A stretch of DNA of 64,000 nucleotides. It comes from Acidobacteriota bacterium. GTDB lineage: Bacteria; Acidobacteriota; UBA6911. Below are positions 10,497-19,441 of this stretch, in pieces. Made by a program: the position numbers and the translations under genes. The notes under the pieces are model-generated. The model searched no databases. It worked only from the letters and a program-made list of their open reading frames with translations, and had not been told where the DNA came from. The stretch is taken from the NCBI GenBank assembly GCA_963664705.1, contig OY761556.1, positions 2,976,001 through 3,040,000 of the forward strand. Reading direction: 5' to 3'. Each line of letters begins with the position of its first letter. Within the stretch, counting starts at the first letter, position 1.

Positions 10497-10598
10497 ATGG
10501 GAAATCTCTCGACTACTGAATTGGTAATTATTGTTGTCCTCGCAATTGTACTTTTGCTGGGGCTCCGCATATTCCTCACAAAAAGAGGTGACAAGTAA
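10497..10598 (+). CDS. 33-aa single-TM mini-protein resembling the TatA/E N-terminus
   Basis: Translates as MGNLSTTELVIIVVLAIVLLLGLRIFLTKRGDK*; below the ORF-track cutoff; no strong RBS. Confidence 0.45.
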   Translation: MGNLSTTELVIIVVLAIVLLLGLRIFLTKRGDK

Positions 10599-10706
10599 TC
10601 TGCACCTGGCGATATAGAGAGCGCATCTAATTTAGTCGAAGACGCCCTTTCCCCTCATCCGAACCGCAATCATTTTTGTTTGGATCGAACCGGCTCCATA
10701 ATTTTA

Positions 10707-10750
10707 TTGCATACCTCCTACATATGTAGTAGATTTATCTACAATCGTAG
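10707..10750 (+). promoter_or_regulatory. Sigma70 promoter with two BlaI/MecI/CopY-type operators
   Basis: TTGCAT(10707-12)-17 bp-TAGATT(10730-35); perfect palindrome CTACATATGTAG at 10718-10729 and CTACAATCGTAG at 10739-10750 (TACA-NN-TGTA box). Confidence 0.8.
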
Positions 10751-10769
10751 TATTCATGGGAGACCCCGA

Positions 10770-11201
10770 ATGACCAAACGCAAGCCAGTGGCACTGACCA
10801 GATTCGAACTCGAAATCATGCGTGTGTTATGGAACCTCGAACGTGCATCCGTTCGGGAAATACACGAGAACATCCTGGACCGGCGGCGTCCTGCCTATAC
10901 CACGGTTCAAACGATCGTTCACAGGCTCGAGGAAAAGGGAGCGGTGCGACGGCTCAGAAAAATCGGAAATGCGCTGATCTTTGAGCCGGCCATTGCACGC
11001 AGTGCGGTCCATGGTCGGCTCATCACCGAACTGCTGCACCTGTTTGGCGGCTCCGCTCGTCCGTTGATGGCCTATCTGGCGGAAACAGGGAAACTGAATC
11101 TGGAAGACCTGCGCGAGCTGGAGGCTCTGATAGCCCGGCAACGGGAAATATCATCGGATGATTCCCGGCGGGAAGGAGGCAAGAACCATGACAAATCATG
11201 A
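10770..11201 (+). CDS. BlaI/MecI/CopY family transcriptional repressor
   Basis: LTRFELEIMRVLW, AYTTVQTIVHRLEEKG and LFGGS motifs. Confidence 0.92.
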   Translation: MTKRKPVALTRFELEIMRVLWNLERASVREIHENILDRRRPAYTTVQTIVHRLEEKGAVRRLRKIGNALIFEPAIARSAVHGRLITELLHLFGGSARPLMAYLAETGKLNLEDLRELEALIARQREISSDDSRREGGKNHDKS

Positions 11202-13047
11202 CTGGCTGATACGGTTCTCCACAGCACTCTGGCCGGCCCTGTCGGACCATCTCTGGCAGGCATCCATTGTGGCAGCCCTCTGCCTTCTGGCGCTTCCCGC
11301 ATTCCGAACGGCAGAGGCCAAATCCCGTCACCTGCTATGGTCGATAGCCTTTGCACGCTTTGTATTCCCTCAATCACTCGTGGCACTTCTGGCCGGATTG
11401 CTTCGCTTCCCCGATACCAGCTCTGGCAGTGCGCTGCAGGGAGTTGCGGCGAAAATGGCAACGGTAACGCAGCCATCTGCATTGGTAGTTGAACACCAGT
11501 CGTCCGGTATGGATGCCATGCAGGCGAGTCACTCCGAACTGCTCTGTATCCTGACGGTATTATGGATCGCGGGCTTTGCGTTTTTCCTGGGAAGATGGTG
11601 GCTTCGCCAGCACAGGCTGGCAGTCTCCATTCGAAACTCCCCCGAAGTCGAAGCGGATATCGCCCGCACGATTGAATCGCTGAAAGGACGGCTGGGATTG
11701 GGCCGGAACACAAGGCTGCGGGCTGTATGGCGAGGCTGTGAACCGGGCGTGTATGGCGTCCGACGCCCTGTGCTTGTTCTGCCGGAAGAACTGCAATGCC
11801 GTTTGCGTCCGGCTGAAGTGGAAGCGGTTATCGCCCACGAATTGGTTCATGTGCTTCGCAGGGATAATCTCTGGAGCAACCTTCAGATGCTCGTCTGCTG
11901 CATCTTCTGGTTTTATCCGGTTGTCTGGCTCATCGATCGTCATCTGATTGCCGAACGGGAACGTTATTGCGATGAACGAGTGATTGATGTGCTGGGCAAT
12001 CTCCAGGCCTATGTTTCCGGCCTCATCAAAATAGCGAGTATCGGACTTGGATTCCGACTGGCCGGAGTTTCCCCGATGACTGGGGCAAATTTGAAAGGGA
12101 GAATAAGGAACATGATGAATACCAAAAAGAAGACAGGCTTGCAGGCAAGGATTCTTTTGACTTCCATCGCCATCCTGGTTTTCCTTCTATACCTGATGGC
12201 GGCACCGCTTCCGAAAGGCATGAGCCAAACCGCTCAAAACAGCCTCAAGAGCGAAAATTCAGAGGACTCTCCACTACAGATAATATCCGCCTACGCAGAG
12301 GACATTGCGGTGCCGGCCCGGGGTGACACGAAGGCAAGGCCCCGCATAGTCAAACCCAAAATTGTTGTCAAAAACAGCTCGGATAAAGCGATCGCAGGGT
12401 ATGAACTTGAAATCAAAAAGTCGGGCTCAGATTCGGTGTTTCTGGTCCGAAATGAGGCCGGCCTGGCGGCAAAGGCGACAGAGGTTTTTGACCAGGGGAC
12501 AATGGAGAAGCCGGCAACCACCGTTTATGCCTCCTCGCCCGCTGAAAAAAGCGGCGGCGGAGTTGGCGGAATGTGGACGGTTCATGTCATCGTCGTACGG
12601 TTTGAAAACGGGCAGGTAGCAACGATCCACCCGATGCCGATTCCTCCCCCGACGAAAAAGCTGCCCGGCGGAATGATCGCGGGAATGCAAAACCGCCGGA
12701 CAGGCGGCCCGGTGCCGCCACCGCCCCGCCCCCAGCCGTTTAAACAATCATCCGAGACCGGATCCATCGATGTCGGCGGAAAATTCCCGGAATCGAAGCT
12801 GATCAGACGGGTCGAACCAATCTATCCGGATCTGGCTTTGGAAAAACGCGTACAGGGACGAGTAACCCTCGTAATCCATGTTGATGATGAAGGAAATGTC
12901 ACGGAAGCAAAGGTAAAGCAAGGACACCCGGTCCTCAACGACGCGGCAATTGCGGCAGTGAAGCAGTGGAAATATACTCCGACACTTCTCAATGGGAAGC
13001 CGGTCCCGGTCATGGCGACGGTAACGGTTGATTTCAAGCTCAAATAA
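11188..13047 (+). CDS. BlaR1/M56 metallopeptidase fused to a TonB C-terminal domain
   Basis: HLWQAS, IAHELVH (HExxH), FWFYP and ERERYCDE motifs; Pro-rich linker; VEPIYP...VQGRV...AVKQWKYTP TonB_C; AAGGAGG RBS. Confidence 0.9.
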   Translation: MTNHDWLIRFSTALWPALSDHLWQASIVAALCLLALPAFRTAEAKSRHLLWSIAFARFVFPQSLVALLAGLLRFPDTSSGSALQGVAAKMATVTQPSALVVEHQSSGMDAMQASHSELLCILTVLWIAGFAFFLGRWWLRQHRLAVSIRNSPEVEADIARTIESLKGRLGLGRNTRLRAVWRGCEPGVYGVRRPVLVLPEELQCRLRPAEVEAVIAHELVHVLRRDNLWSNLQMLVCCIFWFYPVVWLIDRHLIAERERYCDERVIDVLGNLQAYVSGLIKIASIGLGFRLAGVSPMTGANLKGRIRNMMNTKKKTGLQARILLTSIAILVFLLYLMAAPLPKGMSQTAQNSLKSENSEDSPLQIISAYAEDIAVPARGDTKARPRIVKPKIVVKNSSDKAIAGYELEIKKSGSDSVFLVRNEAGLAAKATEVFDQGTMEKPATTVYASSPAEKSGGGVGGMWTVHVIVVRFENGQVATIHPMPIPPPTKKLPGGMIAGMQNRRTGGPVPPPPRPQPFKQSSETGSIDVGGKFPESKLIRRVEPIYPDLALEKRVQGRVTLVIHVDDEGNVTEAKVKQGHPVLNDAAIAAVKQWKYTPTLLNGKPVPVMATVTVDFKLK

Positions 13048-13062
13048 ACAAGAGCGGTCCAA

Positions 13063-13126
13063 CCTGAAACGGCATCCAGAGGGATCTCTCCTTGAATGTC
13101 AGATCTTCCCTGGATGCCGTTTCAGG
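13063..13126. terminator. Long inverted repeat between convergent genes (probable bidirectional terminator)
   Basis: 17-bp perfect arms CCTGAAACGGCATCCAG / CTGGATGCCGTTTCAGG. Confidence 0.7.
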
Positions 13127-13150
13127 CTCGCGCGCGTATCAAAAATCCTT

Positions 13151-13543
13151 TTATAGCTCCGCGCACACGACTTTTACGAATTTTCCATTCACCAGGTGAT
13201 AATGAATGAATTGCGGAATCACCGCTATCTGGCCAACAGTCAGAGGCTTGAGTTTCGGAAAGTCCGAGGCGGCTACCGCTTCAGCCGATAGTTCCTTCAC
13301 TCCCTGAATCTGCACCCTGGCTTCAAGCGCGATGGTATGCGCATCCGAGACAAAACGGTCCACAATCACCGTTTCTTTAATATATGCATGAAGGAACTCA
13401 TAAAATTTCATCACTGATTCGCGGGTCTTAAACGAACCGCCGACATGTATCATTTCGAATTCGTCAGCGAAATAATCAAGAAACCCCTGGTAATCCCTGC
13501 CGTTGAATTTCTTCAGGTAAAGATCAAATTCCTCACGGTTCAT
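13151..13543 (-). CDS. SnoaL/NTF2-like protein
   Basis: YLKKFNGRDY...YFADE and FIHYHLVNGKF pattern; ~130 aa. Confidence 0.75.
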   Translation of the reverse strand: MNREEFDLYLKKFNGRDYQGFLDYFADEFEMIHVGGSFKTRESVMKFYEFLHAYIKETVIVDRFVSDAHTIALEARVQIQGVKELSAEAVAASDFPKLKPLTVGQIAVIPQFIHYHLVNGKFVKVVCAEL

Positions 13544-13633
13544 AGACGCCTCTCTATTCAAGAATATCCTTTTATTAAAAAGCCGATTATAGGATCACAG
13601 CCGGTAATGTCAACAAAGCCCCTGCTCCATCAC

Positions 13634-15718
13634 CTATATGGCGCGACCAATGTCCGAACCATCTCCGATAGCATCGATGATCAAAGAGGAATTCCCACAG
13701 TCTCCGATCTGATAAATCTCAGGAGCTGTTCCTTTCAGGCTTTTGACGAACTCCGTGTCCGGAACCATGGGCAACGCGGGTAAGATGGTATCGGCAGCCA
13801 GGAACTTCTTCTCGCCTTCCTGGGTCGTGATCATCAATCCCTTATTTGTTATCTCTTCATACTTCACGCCGGACAACAAGGGCACTCCCTTTTGCTCCAG
13901 CCACCAAAACAGGCGCAACTTGTAAAACTCAACCAGTCCATCCCCCATTCTCTCCGCTGCGTCGACGACAGTGACCTTTCTGCCGCGCTTGACCAGAAAC
14001 ACGGCCAGCTGAAGAGCCTGGATAGCGCCACCGATGATGACGATATTTTTGCCGATGGGCATCCAGAATTTTGTGGCCGACGACAGCATTCCGGGACCCG
14101 CAAACCTCAGATAATTTTTCAGCCGGCGGTTCAGAACGGCAGCCTTGACCACATTGCCCGAATCGATTCCAGGTATTTTCGGAATGGAATATTGCCCGCC
14201 TGTAGCCAAGACCAGCACATCCGGATTCACCTGCTCAACCGTCGTCTTGTTAACCTCTTTGCCGAGGTGAATTTTAACGCCCAGCTTGGCAATCTGGGTG
14301 CTGAGATAGCGCACCAAAGCGGGAAGGTCTTCAATAGCAAGCCCCTTAATAGTGGCCGCCACGGGCATGGAACCTCCCAGTTGCGGTTCTTTTTCATACA
14401 GGATTACTTCGTGTCCCCTTAAGGCCGCTACCCTGGCCGCCTCCATTCCCGCCGGGCCGCCGCCGACTACCATAACCTTTTTCTTCTTAAGCGCCGGTTT
14501 GATTTCGTATTCCCGTTCTCTTGTCAGGGAAGCATTGACGCGGCAGCATGATCTCCCCGGAATAGGATGCGCATGTATCCTGTCGAGGCAGGAGAGACAG
14601 CGCGTGCATGGGGCAATGTCTTCCAGTCTTCCCGCTGCAATCTTGTTGGGAAGTTCCGGGTCAGCCAACAGGCGCCGGGTCATGCCAATAAAATCCGCTT
14701 TACCCTGTTGCAGGATTTTCTCCGCCAGTTCGGCATTGATGCCGCCGGTGGCAATCACCGGTATGGAAACGGCCTGCTTCACTGACGCGACGAGCGGCAC
14801 CCAAAATCCAGTCCCGCTCCCGCTTCCATCAAGTCCCTCCGGCAAGGGAACCGGGACCTCCGGATAGCAGACCGTATCGGGCCAGTTCATTAACTTATAG
14901 ATTGGACCCAAACCATCGCCTTTGGGATGCAGATTATCGGCGCCGGCAGCTTCGAAGATGCGCCCGAATTCCCGGCCCTCCGCGGGAGTTATGCCATCGT
15001 CTATCCCATATTCGGCGGCGTTATAATGAACGCCGATCGGGAAGTCTTTACCCAGACGTCGCTTCATTTCCTGCAGGATTTCAACCATGAACCGGGCCCG
15101 GTTTTCCAGGCTTTGAGGGCCGTATTGATCCTGGCGCTTATTCCAGTGACGCGACATAAACGTATTGCCCAGGTGCTGGGTAGCGCAATGTATTTCCAGA
15201 TGGTCAACCCCGGCCTGTTTGAAACGCTCTGCTGCCTTTACAAACTTTTCCTGAATTTCTTTGATATCGGCAACGGTTGCTTCCACGGTTTCGTCGCCCC
15301 AGTGTTTTTCGTATATCTCCACTTTCATAACCGACGCCGCGATGGGCGGGCGTCCGGAAAGCGCCGTGGGACACCAGGGGCCGGCATGCATCATCTGCAC
15401 GGATAACTTGCAATCATGTTTGTGGATGGCATCTGCCAGTTTACTGAAGCCTGGAATGTATTCGTCCGCATCGATACGCAACCCATCGGGCATCCTCGCG
15501 CCTAAAGGATAATCGACATAGGCATCCCAGAGAATAACCATGCCCGCGCCACCCTTGGCCACCGCTTCCACATAGTCGATGGTCCTCTGGTTCATACGGG
15601 CATCGTGGAGGTCATGGGTATTCATTTCGGCGGCGGTCTTTATGATTCGGTTTTTAACCCGCATCTTTCCTATATTAAAAGGTGAAAATAGCTTTTCAAA
15701 CTGTGCCTTCCCGCTCAT
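13634..15718 (-). CDS. NADH:flavin oxidoreductase (OYE TIM barrel + 4Fe-4S + FAD/NAD domain; DCR/BaiCD-like architecture)
   Basis: VKNRI, NKRQDQYG..LENRARF, CTRCLSC...CRVN and VVGGGPAGMEAA motifs; GGAGGAGG RBS. Confidence 0.9.
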   Translation of the reverse strand: MSGKAQFEKLFSPFNIGKMRVKNRIIKTAAEMNTHDLHDARMNQRTIDYVEAVAKGGAGMVILWDAYVDYPLGARMPDGLRIDADEYIPGFSKLADAIHKHDCKLSVQMMHAGPWCPTALSGRPPIAASVMKVEIYEKHWGDETVEATVADIKEIQEKFVKAAERFKQAGVDHLEIHCATQHLGNTFMSRHWNKRQDQYGPQSLENRARFMVEILQEMKRRLGKDFPIGVHYNAAEYGIDDGITPAEGREFGRIFEAAGADNLHPKGDGLGPIYKLMNWPDTVCYPEVPVPLPEGLDGSGSGTGFWVPLVASVKQAVSIPVIATGGINAELAEKILQQGKADFIGMTRRLLADPELPNKIAAGRLEDIAPCTRCLSCLDRIHAHPIPGRSCCRVNASLTREREYEIKPALKKKKVMVVGGGPAGMEAARVAALRGHEVILYEKEPQLGGSMPVAATIKGLAIEDLPALVRYLSTQIAKLGVKIHLGKEVNKTTVEQVNPDVLVLATGGQYSIPKIPGIDSGNVVKAAVLNRRLKNYLRFAGPGMLSSATKFWMPIGKNIVIIGGAIQALQLAVFLVKRGRKVTVVDAAERMGDGLVEFYKLRLFWWLEQKGVPLLSGVKYEEITNKGLMITTQEGEKKFLAADTILPALPMVPDTEFVKSLKGTAPEIYQIGDCGNSSLIIDAIGDGSDIGRAI

Positions 15719-16035
15719 TATCCCTCCTCCTTCTGTGTTGCGTTTCAGACATAAATTGCAGGGAAGCAGCAATCCGAGATTCATCTCTTTCTGCAGAGCT
15801 TGCTACGCAAGAGAGTGATTGCGGGCGCCCAGGACTCACTGAAATCAAACGGACAGGGAAAACCAGCCCCGACAATAAAAATGCTTCCTGTTCCAGACGG
15901 CCCTCTGTTTCCAATGAAATCCGTTCTGCACACTATTCCCGATTTTAAGCTGGCAATTTTACTACCGTATGCGGCAGATTGATGCAAGAAACGGATAATT
16001 TGCGGAGATCCCCTTATTCAAAGGAATCCTGCCAT

Positions 16036-16551
16036 ATGAATCAGAACGGTCTTCCCTGTCTGGACCTGTTGAAAGCTTCGCCGGACATCCTGCGCGGTTT
16101 GATGTGTGAACTCTCAAGCGAGGACGCACGATGGAAACCCGCCCCGGACCGATTTTCCGTGGCGGAGGTGCTGGCCCATCTCTCGCACAGCGAGATTTGC
16201 TGCTATCGACCGCGTGTGGACCGGTTCATGACCGAAGTCATGCCGGAGCTGGAGCCCGACGATGCGCAGATGTACCTGGATTTGTATCGCGGGCGCGATG
16301 CGGAAGAAGAATTTGCGCATTTCGAAGAGCAGCGCGGAATAAACATACAGTATCTTCGGGGACTGCCGGCGTCCGCGGCAGACCGGCGCGCATTCCACAA
16401 GCAAGCCGGAGAAATCACTCTGGCGCAGATGCTCCACGAGTGGGCTCTGCACGACCTGGGGCACATCCGGCAAATCGCAGAACTGATCCGCGCACGGCGC
16501 TATCGGGAGGGCGCCGGCCCGCTCGGCGAATCCTATCAGCTCAAACCGTAA
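16036..16551 (+). CDS. DinB family protein
   Basis: FSVAEVLAHL and HDLGHIRQI His motifs. Confidence 0.85.
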   Translation: MNQNGLPCLDLLKASPDILRGLMCELSSEDARWKPAPDRFSVAEVLAHLSHSEICCYRPRVDRFMTEVMPELEPDDAQMYLDLYRGRDAEEEFAHFEEQRGINIQYLRGLPASAADRRAFHKQAGEITLAQMLHEWALHDLGHIRQIAELIRARRYREGAGPLGESYQLKP

Positions 16552-16703
16552 GTCCTGCGCGGCAGGTCGAACGCAAATCTTTCCTTTAATGCCATCTTCA
16601 TGAATTTCGAGCATTTGGCCGGAACCCCAAAGCCATGCTTTAGGGTTCTCTAATCGTCCTGGCCTGTGCTACATTCGCTCCAACTGGAAAGAGGTCCTAC
16701 CAT

Positions 16704-17852
16704 ATGACAGACAAAGATTCACTCAGGAACGAGCTGAAGATGTCGTTTCTCGAGCATCTCGATGAGCTTCGCAAACGTCTGATTTACTGTGCCATCGCGG
16801 TGGGAGTCGCATTTTTTATCGGATTCGGGTTTTCCGGGCAGATCTATGACTTCCTCTCCATCCCCGTGAAAGTGGAAGCCAAAAAGGCACGGTTGGCTCG
16901 GGAAGAAAAACTGCTTGGACCTGATACGCGACGCGCATTAACTCAAAATCTCAAAGAAGCGGACACACTGCTTTATACCTTTGCGCTGGATGCTGTCATC
17001 GAAAATGTCAAGGTGCCGGCGGGGACGACGATTCCAATCAGAATTGTGAATAAAGGCGGCAGGATCAAGGCGGTAATGGCCTCAAACTGGATTTTGGGCA
17101 AAACTGTCATTCAGCAAGGAAGAGAGATCCTTGAAGTCCTGGGTGAAGCGGCAGTGCTGCCGGGCTTCGACATCCGCGATGAATTGGTTTTAACCAAGGT
17201 TTCGGGAGGCTTCACGCTGCGCATGCAGGTGGCAATCTATGCCGCCATAGCCCTGGCCATACCATTTTTGCTATATCAAATTTGGGCTTTTGTATCTCCC
17301 GGCCTATACCAGCATGAGAAAAAGTACATTTTCCCGGTAATCGGGATGGGCTCCATTCTGTTTTTCCTGGGTGCGGTCTTCGCATACAAAATTGCATTTC
17401 CTATAGCATGCAATTTTCTATTGAGTTGGCAGGAGGGGTTTCAAACTCTATTGAACGCCGAAGAATACCTGGATTTGATCCTGTTCCTGATGTTGGGGCT
17501 TGGATTCGTATTTCAGATCCCGACGGTTTCATTCATACTTGGCCGTATTGGCCTGATTACACCCCAGTTCCTATTGCGATACTGGCGTCACGCCATAGTC
17601 GCCATTGTCATTGTAGCTGCGCTGGCTACTCCCACACCGGATGCGTATAACCTGATGATTGTGGCCATTCCGATGTGCCTCCTCTATCTGTTCAGTATTG
17701 TCATTGTATGGCTTTTCGGGAAAAAACGCAGATCAGACCAGGAAGTAACCACCAAAGCACACCAGGAAAGCTGCCTTTTGGTCGGATTGCTCCTTCATTC
17801 AAGACTGATATTAAGAAAGAGAGCGCCCGTCTCCCACAATGCAGCATACTAA
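16704..17852 (+). CDS. tatC: Twin-arginine translocase subunit TatC with a large loop insertion
   Basis: MSFLEHLDELRKRL, YQIWAFVSPGLYQHEKK, FQIP and TPTPD motifs. Confidence 0.93.
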   Translation: MTDKDSLRNELKMSFLEHLDELRKRLIYCAIAVGVAFFIGFGFSGQIYDFLSIPVKVEAKKARLAREEKLLGPDTRRALTQNLKEADTLLYTFALDAVIENVKVPAGTTIPIRIVNKGGRIKAVMASNWILGKTVIQQGREILEVLGEAAVLPGFDIRDELVLTKVSGGFTLRMQVAIYAAIALAIPFLLYQIWAFVSPGLYQHEKKYIFPVIGMGSILFFLGAVFAYKIAFPIACNFLLSWQEGFQTLLNAEEYLDLILFLMLGLGFVFQIPTVSFILGRIGLITPQFLLRYWRHAIVAIVIVAALATPTPDAYNLMIVAIPMCLLYLFSIVIVWLFGKKRRSDQEVTTKAHQESCLLVGLLLHSRLILRKRAPVSHNAAY

Positions 17853-18132
17853 TTGTGGGCTGGGCAAAACCCACGGAAAACCTGAGAAAACCTGGACACC
17901 CATGATTTGTTCGTCTGACCGAATGAGGAGTTTCGGAAAGGTCTTGGCGGAAATTCCCGACCGATGATTCATGTTGCTGAGGAATACGGGAAGAAAGCTT
18001 GTAATGGGCTTAGCTGTTACTACTTGAGGCGAGTAAACAAGCCTGTTGCGAGGAGAGATGCGAAGTCTGGAGGGGCGCGTAGTTTAGGTTCGGAATAGAT
18101 CCGGTTGAGCTGGAATGCAATTGGCCTTGAGG

Positions 18133-19236
18133 CTATGTAAAAGCAGACCGAGCGGCCGACAAGCCCTTTATCCAATGCCGGTTGAGCCGTCCCGCGAATT
18201 CACGCATGTGCGTCAGGCTGCCGGCGGCCACCTGGAATGCGGAACCAAAATGCGACACTGTTTCAATCCATTCCTTGGGAATAACTCCAATTCGATTCAG
18301 GATCGGGGCAAGACGGCTATCAATGAACCCGCGCTTGTCAGAGCGAATCATGCGTCCCGATCGGTCGACCAAATCAAAATACTCGGCTGTGGATGTGTCG
18401 AGGATACCACGCCGGCTCGGGGTTGATTGAATTGGGGCCAACCAACAGTCTGCAGAATCCCGAAGAGAAGAGCTCGAAGCAGTTCCGGGTGTTGAGGGAG
18501 CATTAATCGTGTCATCAGTTTGACAAGGAGAACAATCGAAAGCCGGGCCCGAATCACTGGGTTGAGGGGCTGGTTGCTGGGACAAGGATTGGCGATGCCA
18601 GGCGCGGATACGCTCCTGAATGCTGGTGAAGTCGCTGTCTTCGGGAGTGGAGGCAGCGCCGGCCCGAACCATATTCAGATCCACATAGACCAAGCAAGCT
18701 GTAATGGCAGAAGCATCCAGAAGCACCAGGCATTTAAAGCGAGATTCCCAGAAGCGGCCCTTGACCTTATCTTCCTTGTTAGCCTTGCGAGCGATGAATT
18801 CACTGAGTTTGGCCACGAACCAGCTCAGGCTGCCCAGCCGCTTGCGCAGAACAGTAATGTGTTCCGGACAATCTGCTAATGCCTGGATCTGTTCGACCCT
18901 AGGAGGAAGAGGCTTTTTGCTGGTGCGCGGTTTTCGGGGGCAGAGTTCTAGCCATCGGGCGGCGACGTCGAGATCGGACCAGGACTCAAGAATGTCGGGT
19001 CGGGTTCGCAAGATGGAATGCACGTGGTTTTCCATGATGGCATAACCGCACACGTCAATGGCGAAGATGCCGGCAAGTTGTTTCAAACGATCGAGAATCC
19101 ATTTTTTGCGATGGGAGAAATCCCGGCCGCTAAGAGGGTCATACCCGCAAAGAAAAGATCTGCGGACACATCGACTGATGCAATGATAAACGCCTTCCTC
19201 CCCTTCGATGACATAGATGTTTCTTGCCAATCCCAT
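18133..19236 (-). CDS. REP-associated tyrosine transposase (HUH/Y1, IS200-like fold)
   Basis: YHCISRCVRRSFLCG, YAIMENHVH (HUH), GRFWESRFK and YVDLN motifs; GGAGG RBS before the ATG at 19236. Confidence 0.88.
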   Translation of the reverse strand: MGLARNIYVIEGEEGVYHCISRCVRRSFLCGYDPLSGRDFSHRKKWILDRLKQLAGIFAIDVCGYAIMENHVHSILRTRPDILESWSDLDVAARWLELCPRKPRTSKKPLPPRVEQIQALADCPEHITVLRKRLGSLSWFVAKLSEFIARKANKEDKVKGRFWESRFKCLVLLDASAITACLVYVDLNMVRAGAASTPEDSDFTSIQERIRAWHRQSLSQQPAPQPSDSGPAFDCSPCQTDDTINAPSTPGTASSSSLRDSADCWLAPIQSTPSRRGILDTSTAEYFDLVDRSGRMIRSDKRGFIDSRLAPILNRIGVIPKEWIETVSHFGSAFQVAAGSLTHMREFAGRLNRHWIKGLSAARSAFT

Positions 19237-19304
19237 GGTTTGCCTCCTTGCATAGTAACTAATGGCGAACCTTGGGAATTGAGCGAAGAAAAATTGGAGG
19301 CAAT

Positions 19305-19409
19305 CGAACAAAACAATGGGTGTCCAGGTTTCCCCAGGTTTCCCTAGGTTTCCCTCCCCAGGTTTTCCGTGGGTGTCCAGGTTTCTACTCCGTGGGTGTC
19401 CAGGTTTTC
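19305..19409. repeat. Tandem degenerate array of GGGTGTCCAGGTTT / CCAGGTTT units
   Basis: GGGTGTCCAGGTTT at 19318, 19371 and 19394, with three partial AGGTTT units between the first two. Confidence 0.85.
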
Positions 19410-19441
19410 TTTGTTTCTCCGATTGCGAATGCTTGGATGCG

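Larger units (their letters stand above)
17869..19409. mobile_element. RAYT/Y1-transposase locus bounded by inverted REP-like ends
   Basis: Left end (17869-17913) AAAACCTGGACACCCATGATTTGTTCG is the near reverse complement of the right end (from 19305) CGAACAAAACAATGGGTGTCCAGGTTT. Confidence 0.75.

Noticed and set aside
17745-17859. Functional C-terminal tail of TatC
   Set aside because: The last ~35 codons look like non-coding read-through and run into a CCCACAAT/ATTGTGGG hairpin next to the transposase end; no function can be supported.
19305-19409. CRISPR array
   Set aside because: Units are 8-14 bp and irregular, with no unique ~30-bp spacers and no cas genes.
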